Shown here piece by piece: positions 57,946 to 64,000 of a stretch of DNA of 64,000 nt. The stretch is from Candidatus Kapaibacterium sp. (GTDB lineage Bacteria > Bacteroidota > Ignavibacteria > Kapaibacteriales > UBA2268): assembly GCA_963665665.1 (NCBI GenBank), contig OY762428.1:4288001-4352000 (forward strand). Direction: 5' to 3'. The notes below the pieces were generated by a model, which made no database searches, was not told the origin of the DNA, and saw only the letters and a program-made list of their open reading frames with translations. The first letter of the stretch is position 1. The number at the start of each line of letters is the position of its first letter. The translations under genes and the position numbers were made by a program.

Positions 57946-59004
57946 TTGGCTATGATACAAAAAGATTTACAGGTATTACTTAAAAAAGCAGAAGAGTTGA
58001 AAGCTCTGTTTGTTCTCGGACAGCGGGTTATTCCAATGCTGGAAGAGATATTTGTTTTTGTTTCTGAGATACAACCCCTGCTTGACGATATTAATTCTTC
58101 AATAGAAGAAAATTTGAAAAAAATGCCCAGCGCTTCAAAGCAGTTGTCTAAAGTTACAGAGGCTACCGAGAAATCAACTAATGAAATTATGGATATTGTA
58201 GACGGGCTTGTATATAAATCAGACCTTATTAAATCAAATCTTCAGAGCATCAGGGAAGATAATAAAAATAAAATTTCGGGTATGCGTGAAATCCTGGAAA
58301 TTATTCAGAAAGCTATTAATCAGAATAATGATCCTAAGGATGTATTGCCTGATATATCAAGGGCAATAGCAAAATTGAAGACCTCTGAAAAGGGTGAGGT
58401 AAACGTTATTGTTGATAACAGCGTGGAAATTCTTGATACTATACAGATGGATTCAAGCTCGATTATGATGTCTCTTCAGGTTCAGGATATTACTTCGCAG
58501 CAGATTGCTGCTGTAAATCATTTGCTTGAAACAGTTCAGGAAAAATTGAAAGGTATTTTGAGTAAATATCAAAGCTCCGAACTAAATGAAATCGTAACGG
58601 ATGACGGTATTGATGCCGAAAGAATGAATATTTCTAAATTACACAGGCAAATTGCTTTCGACCCCGATGCTGTTGAAGCTCTGGCAGAAAAAGACTTTCG
58701 CCAGCAGAATGTTGACGAAGTTGTTAAGCAACAGATGGAGAACCCCGATCTTGAAGATCCCGAAGAGTTTGAAAATAAGGACGAAAAAGAAGGGCCAAAA
58801 GCAGCTGAGCCGGACAATATATCGGAGAATCAAGATTCTGATATCGAATTAACAGAACCGGCATCACAGGAAGATATTGATTCATTGTTTGAACAAAATA
58901 ATACTGAAGAAAAAGAAAAATCAACCGAAGACAATAATGAAGATGTTGTTGATGATTTTGAACAGTTTTCTCAGGATGATATAGACGCGCTGTTCGGAAA
59001 TTGA
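57946..59004 (+). CDS. cheZ: CheZ-like phosphatase
   Basis: QLSKVTEATEKSTNEIMD, SLQVQDITSQQI (DxxxQ), C-terminal SQEDIDSLF and SQDDIDALF helices. Confidence 0.8.
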   Translation: MAMIQKDLQVLLKKAEELKALFVLGQRVIPMLEEIFVFVSEIQPLLDDINSSIEENLKKMPSASKQLSKVTEATEKSTNEIMDIVDGLVYKSDLIKSNLQSIREDNKNKISGMREILEIIQKAINQNNDPKDVLPDISRAIAKLKTSEKGEVNVIVDNSVEILDTIQMDSSSIMMSLQVQDITSQQIAAVNHLLETVQEKLKGILSKYQSSELNEIVTDDGIDAERMNISKLHRQIAFDPDAVEALAEKDFRQQNVDEVVKQQMENPDLEDPEEFENKDEKEGPKAAEPDNISENQDSDIELTEPASQEDIDSLFEQNNTEEKEKSTEDNNEDVVDDFEQFSQDDIDALFGN

Positions 59005-59100
59005 TTAAAAAATAGATAAATCAGATTATTAATTGTTGCTGATTCTTATCCGTGACATTAGGGGTTATTGTTGAAACTCAAGAAAATATAAGGTGTTATT

Positions 59101-61089
59101 ATGGCTGCGGACTTGTTTTCTGATCCTGAAATGCAGGAAATTTTTGAAGGTTTTTTAGTTGAATCCCAGGAATTACTTGATGCTATTAGCCAGGACTTAA
59201 TGACCCTGGAAAATCAACCGGACGATTTGGACCTTTTGAACCAGATTTTCAGAAGTTTTCATACTATAAAGGGAACAAGTTCATTTATGGGATTTAATTC
59301 CATAGTAGGGATAACTCACCACGCCGAGGATTTATTGAATAAGCTCCGGAAAAGTGAGCTTGTCGTTAATCAGGATATTATCGATGTACTCCTTGATGTG
59401 CATGATATTATTGAAATACTTATAGAGAATATTCAGGAAGACAGCGACGAAGAAATCGATTATTCCGATACTGAAAAGCAACTTGAAATATTAAAGTCAG
59501 GCCGTACTCTTGATGAAACCAATGATCATGATATTGCCGAAACCGGCAGTAATGAAAATAAAGAATCAGAAACTTTTCCGGATGATGCTTCAGTTAGTGA
59601 ATCCGGTGAAAGTGCTTTGGACAAAGTACTTAATTATGCAGACAAATTTGCTCAGCCCGGAGATTTTTCTCCTGAAGAAGAATCAATGATATTAAGTGCT
59701 TTTGATGAAGTAAATAAAAACTTTGATGCAAAAGTCAGCTTAAGTGATTTCGAAAATCACCAATCAGAAAATGCGCATTCTGAAACGAAAGAAATCAATC
59801 AGAAAGTTCCTAATTCTAAGGAAGTTAATAAAACCAAACCTTCCATTTCGAAAGAAAAATCCAAAACACACAAACCCAAGGCATCATCTGAAACAATAAG
59901 GGTGGATTTGACGAGGGTTGAATCACTTATGGATTTATCCGGTGAACTGGTGCTTGGCAGGAACAGGCTGGCACAGATTGCAGACATTTTTGCATCCGAG
60001 TTTGAGAATAATGATTTTGTTCGCGACCTGCTTGAAACGACTGACAGTATTGATACAATAACAAGCGACATTCAGGCTGCTGTTATGCGAATTCGTATGG
60101 TACCGGTTGGTAAATTGTATCAAAAAGCTCCACGAATTGTCCGTGACCTTTCAAAGGAATTCAAAAAGAAGATCAAATTGGTGGTTAAAGGTGAGGAAAC
60201 TGAAATTGACAGGGGCATTATCGAAGAATTGAACGATCCGCTGGTTCACATGATAAGAAACTCATGCGACCATGGTATTGAAGGCCAGGATGAAAGGAAA
60301 GAATTAGATAAACCTGTTAATGGAACTATTACCCTGGACGCAGAGCAGGAAGGAAATAATATTGTCCTTAGGATATCCGATGACGGCCGTGGAATGGACC
60401 CGGAAAAATTGAAGGCCAAAGCCCTGGAAAAAGGGCTAATAAGCCAGGAGCAGGCTGCCCAGATGTCGGACAGAGAAGCCTTCCAGCTTATATTTATGCC
60501 GGGATTCAGTACTGCTGCCGTTGTATCAAGCGTATCCGGCAGGGGGGTAGGAATGGACGTTGTTCGAACGAATATTCAAAACCTGAAAGGTATGATTGAA
60601 ATTGAATCTGAACTTGGTAAAGGTTCTACTTTCGTAATCAAATTGCCTCTGACCCTTGCAATTATCCAGGGCCTCCTTGTAAAAATTCAGGAAGAGACTT
60701 ATGCAATTCCTCTAAGTTCTGTTGTAGAGGTTGTATCTATAAATAAAGAAGCTGTTTCATCAGTCAATCAGCAGGAAGTTATCAGGCTAAGAGATGATGT
60801 TTATCCGATTATCCGGCTTGATAAAGCACTTCATACCCCTGATTCGGTAGATGAATTAGACGGCAGGAATATTGTTGTTGTAGGCTATGGTATGTACCGT
60901 GTTGGTTTTGTGGTGGATACTTTGCTCGGGCAGCAGGAAATTGTAATAAAATCTTTGGGTGAATACCTTGGAAGCATGCCGGGTATAGCAGGATCAACAA
61001 TACTTGGAGACGGGCATGTTATTATGATTATTGATGTTTCCGAATTAATTGAAAATAATTTATCCAGTGCTAATATTTATAATATATAG
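59101..61089 (+). CDS. cheA: Chemotaxis histidine kinase
   Basis: HPt IFRSFHTIKG, TIRVD, PLVHMIRNSCDHG, SGRGVGMDVV, C-terminal CheW-like domain. Confidence 0.97.
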   Translation: MAADLFSDPEMQEIFEGFLVESQELLDAISQDLMTLENQPDDLDLLNQIFRSFHTIKGTSSFMGFNSIVGITHHAEDLLNKLRKSELVVNQDIIDVLLDVHDIIEILIENIQEDSDEEIDYSDTEKQLEILKSGRTLDETNDHDIAETGSNENKESETFPDDASVSESGESALDKVLNYADKFAQPGDFSPEEESMILSAFDEVNKNFDAKVSLSDFENHQSENAHSETKEINQKVPNSKEVNKTKPSISKEKSKTHKPKASSETIRVDLTRVESLMDLSGELVLGRNRLAQIADIFASEFENNDFVRDLLETTDSIDTITSDIQAAVMRIRMVPVGKLYQKAPRIVRDLSKEFKKKIKLVVKGEETEIDRGIIEELNDPLVHMIRNSCDHGIEGQDERKELDKPVNGTITLDAEQEGNNIVLRISDDGRGMDPEKLKAKALEKGLISQEQAAQMSDREAFQLIFMPGFSTAAVVSSVSGRGVGMDVVRTNIQNLKGMIEIESELGKGSTFVIKLPLTLAIIQGLLVKIQEETYAIPLSSVVEVVSINKEAVSSVNQQEVIRLRDDVYPIIRLDKALHTPDSVDELDGRNIVVVGYGMYRVGFVVDTLLGQQEIVIKSLGEYLGSMPGIAGSTILGDGHVIMIIDVSELIENNLSSANIYNI

Positions 61090-61101
61090 CTATTGAAGCC
61101 T

Positions 61102-62205
61102 ATGGGAAAGATCAAAGTATTAATTGTTGACGATTCTGTTTTTATGCGTTCCACCATCAAGAAAATTATTAGTTCTGATAGTGAAATTGAGGTTTTATAT
61201 ACAGCAAAAAACGGCAGGGAAGGAGTTGATAAAGTAATTGAACTTCAGCCTGATGTTGTGACAATGGATATTGAAATGCCTGTAATGACTGGGCTTGAGG
61301 CTCTTAAAGAAATAATGCAGAAAAATCCTTTGCCTGTTCTGATGGTGAGTACTCTAACAAGTGAAGGGGCAGATGCAACACTTGAAGCTTTGTCGTCAGG
61401 AGCCGTGGATTTTATCACCAAAAAGCCGGCTTTTCTTGATATGTATGCCCTTAAGGAAGAACTTATAAGCAAGATAAAAGCTGTTGCACAAAACCGCCTG
61501 CTAAGAAAAAGGCTTGCTCTGAAGAAATATTCTAAAGGAACTCTGAATAATGATTCTGCTGCTACAATTGCCGAAAGGCTTGCAGGAAAAGCACGTCAGA
61601 ATAAAGTTCAAAATTCAGTTACCGGCAGAAAACGCCCTGCTCCCGGAAGTATCAAAGCTATTGGTATCGGTGTATCGACAGGCGGGCCGGTAGTGCTGCT
61701 TGAGATTTTCAAATCGATAAGTGCTAAAATAAATGTTCCAATATTTATTTCTCAGCACATGCCTCCTTATTTTACTAAAACTTTGTCCAAAAGGCTTGAT
61801 GCAAATTCCCCACTTTACATAAAGGAAGCTGAGGATAATGAAATCACCAAACCGGGAGTTGTTTACCTTGCTCAGGGTGGCAAGCACCTGATTTTAGATA
61901 AATTTAAAAAGATCAGGGTAACAGAAGAACCTGCTGAAGAAAATTTTAAACCTTCGGTTAATGTAATGATGAATAGTCTGGTGGATATTTATGGGCCGAA
62001 TTTGCTGGGAATTATGCTGACAGGTATGGGCAACGACGGTATGGAGGGATTTATCAAGCTGAGCAAAGCTGGTGGCTATGCTATTGTACAGGATCCCGAA
62101 ACATGCGTTGTTTCCGGAATGGTTAGTTCAGTTATCAAATCAGGCGCTGCCGATGAAATAATTCCTATCGAGAATATTGCTGCTGAAATAGCCAAATTCT
62201 TCTGA
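61102..62205 (+). CDS. cheB: Chemotaxis methylesterase response regulator
   Basis: Receiver plus GVSTGGP, QHMP and LTGMGNDG catalytic motifs. Confidence 0.96.
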   Translation: MGKIKVLIVDDSVFMRSTIKKIISSDSEIEVLYTAKNGREGVDKVIELQPDVVTMDIEMPVMTGLEALKEIMQKNPLPVLMVSTLTSEGADATLEALSSGAVDFITKKPAFLDMYALKEELISKIKAVAQNRLLRKRLALKKYSKGTLNNDSAATIAERLAGKARQNKVQNSVTGRKRPAPGSIKAIGIGVSTGGPVVLLEIFKSISAKINVPIFISQHMPPYFTKTLSKRLDANSPLYIKEAEDNEITKPGVVYLAQGGKHLILDKFKKIRVTEEPAEENFKPSVNVMMNSLVDIYGPNLLGIMLTGMGNDGMEGFIKLSKAGGYAIVQDPETCVVSGMVSSVIKSGAADEIIPIENIAAEIAKFF

Positions 62206-62283
62206 TCAAAATTAAAAAATTATATTGAAATTTTTCAATTATTGATTATCTTACATAAGTTATTCATTAATTGGAGATTAAAT

Positions 62284-63411
62284 ATGGAATATGCTAATGT
62301 AACAATTATTGGCGCAGGAGTTGTCGGGCTATCAGTTACGAACTCAATAAGTGAAAAATATAATGATGTTTTCCTTATAGAAAGGCATTCATCGTTCGGT
62401 AATGAAACTTCCAGCAGAAATAGTGAAGTAATACATGCAAGTATATATTATCCGCAAAATTTCCTAAAAGGTAAGCTTTGCCTTGAAGGTAATGATAGGA
62501 TGTACAGATTGTGCAGCGAGAATAATATACCGCATGTAAATTGCGGCAAGCTGATTGTTGCAACTACCGAAGAGGAAGTCAGCAGGCTTCCCGGAATTCT
62601 TGAAACAGCACGAAACAATGGGGCTAAGGGCGTTGAGATAATTGATAAGAATGAAATCAAGAAATTGGAGCCGGATATACATGCGCTTGCTGCGATTAAA
62701 TGCCCTACTTCCGGTGTGGTTGATTCGCATTCACTGATGGCTTATTTTGAAGCAAAAGCTATTGATAATGGGGCAAATATTGTATATAACCACGAGCTGA
62801 ATGGGATAGATAAAGTTTCGGATGGTTATATACTCACAATTAAACCTAATGATTCCGAAGAGATAAAAATTCACACGAAGATTCTAGTAAATTGTGCAGG
62901 CCTTGGATCGGGAAAAGTTTCTGAAATGCTGGGAATTGATATTGTTAAATTTAATTACAGAATAAATTATTGCAAGGGTATGTATTTCCGCGTGAACCAC
63001 AATATGGAAAAATATCCTAAAATGTTAATATATCCCGTGCCTCCTGAAGCCGGATCCGTTGGTGTTCACACCTGCCCTGACCTTGCGGGGGGGATGAGGC
63101 TTGGCCCGTATGACAAATGGGTGGAGGAAATTGAATATAGCGTCGATCCGGGGCTTCAGCAGACTTTCTACGAACAGGCCAAACAATATTTGCCCTTCCT
63201 GTCCTATCAGGATATCAGCCCGGATACAGCAGGTATTCACCCCAAAACACAGCGTCCGGGAGAAGGCTTCAGAGATTTTGTTATCTGCCACGAAGAAGAT
63301 AAGGGGCTGCCCGGATTTATTAACCTTGTTGGCATTGAGTCCCCGGGGTTGACATCTTCTCCGGCTATTGGGCCTTATGTTTTAAAAATTCTGAATGATA
63401 TCAAAAATTGA
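62284..63411 (+). CDS. FAD-dependent oxidoreductase, L-2-hydroxyglutarate oxidase (LhgO)-like
   Basis: IIGAGVVG, ETSSRNSEVIHASIYY, VNCAGL, GIESPGLTSSPAI. Confidence 0.88.
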   Translation: MEYANVTIIGAGVVGLSVTNSISEKYNDVFLIERHSSFGNETSSRNSEVIHASIYYPQNFLKGKLCLEGNDRMYRLCSENNIPHVNCGKLIVATTEEEVSRLPGILETARNNGAKGVEIIDKNEIKKLEPDIHALAAIKCPTSGVVDSHSLMAYFEAKAIDNGANIVYNHELNGIDKVSDGYILTIKPNDSEEIKIHTKILVNCAGLGSGKVSEMLGIDIVKFNYRINYCKGMYFRVNHNMEKYPKMLIYPVPPEAGSVGVHTCPDLAGGMRLGPYDKWVEEIEYSVDPGLQQTFYEQAKQYLPFLSYQDISPDTAGIHPKTQRPGEGFRDFVICHEEDKGLPGFINLVGIESPGLTSSPAIGPYVLKILNDIKN

Positions 63412-63422
63412 CGAGGATTGAA

Positions 63423-64000
63423 ATGGACTGGAACTCTGATATATTTCTGTATATTATTTATACCCTGGTTTTGACTATTTCGGCAATAATTGCATCGAAA
63501 CTGATCAGAAAACTATTGCTGCGTTTTTTTGAGAAATCAACCAAAATTCTGCGGATTGATCCGACTAATTATAAATTTTTCCTGAATGCGGTAAGTGCTT
63601 CAATATATACTGCTGCTGCAACACTAATTTTTTATATCATTCCGCCGCTCCGTGCATTAGGAGTGACTCTTTTTGCAAGTGCCGGAATATTGACGGTAAT
63701 TATCGGTTTCGCCTCGCAGCAGGCATTTTCGAACATTGTCAGTGGCATTTTTATAGTGATATTCAAACCCTTCCGCGTTGGCGACTGGATAAAAATTGGT
63801 GAGAATGTAGGGACAGTGGAAGATATTACTCTTCGCCACACAATGATTAACAACCCCGAAAACCGGCGTATTGTTATACCGAATTCAATAATCTCCTCGG
63901 AAACAATTCTGAATTCGCATATTGGCCAGGCATCGGTGCGAAATCATTTCGAAGTGGGAATAAGTTATGACTCTGATATTGAAAAAGCGATCAATATTAT
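63423..64000 (+). CDS. MscS-family mechanosensitive channel, partial
   Basis: Translated by hand: MDWNSDIF...IGFASQQAFSNIVSGIFIVIFKPFRVGDWI...GTVEDITLRHT...IPNS; runs off the window. Confidence 0.9.
   Translation, partial: MDWNSDIFLYIIYTLVLTISAIIASKLIRKLLLRFFEKSTKILRIDPTNYKFFLNAVSASIYTAAATLIFYIIPPLRALGVTLFASAGILTVIIGFASQQAFSNIVSGIFIVIFKPFRVGDWIKIGENVGTVEDITLRHTMINNPENRRIVIPNSIISSETILNSHIGQASVRNHFEVGISYDSDIEKAINI

Overview
AT-rich chromosomal window from a Gram-negative bacterium of the FCB group. Type IX secretion (T9SS) sorting signals, a PorW/SprE-like TPR lipoprotein, Bacteroidota-type sdhCAB, hrcA and a che cluster point to an Ignavibacteria/Kapabacteria-like lineage (inference). Core genes: gpsA, coaD, hrcA, lipB/lipA, ComF, ABC-F, sdhCAB, an NSS transporter with a small subunit, a PAS kinase/sigma-54 activator pair, cheR-cheY-cheY-cheZ-cheA-cheB, an LhgO-like oxidase and MscS. 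Accessory content: (i) an operon of CBS protein, receiver-SLC13 permease fusion, receiver and sensor kinase; (ii) a VIT-vWA protein fused to an outer-membrane beta-barrel; (iii) a ~14 kb variable region beside tRNA-Lys(CTT). That region holds orphan RHS toxin/immunity cassettes with a 272-bp identical duplication, orphan XRE and Phd-like genes, a truncated IS1380-family element, and a 2101-aa mosaic beta-helix surface protein. The C-terminal domain of the large protein is paralogous to the small IPTL-CTERM protein encoded directly downstream, which may be a two-gene anchoring system; (iv) a 21-bp tandem array with higher-order structure. All calls come from reading motifs by eye; no database searches were run.
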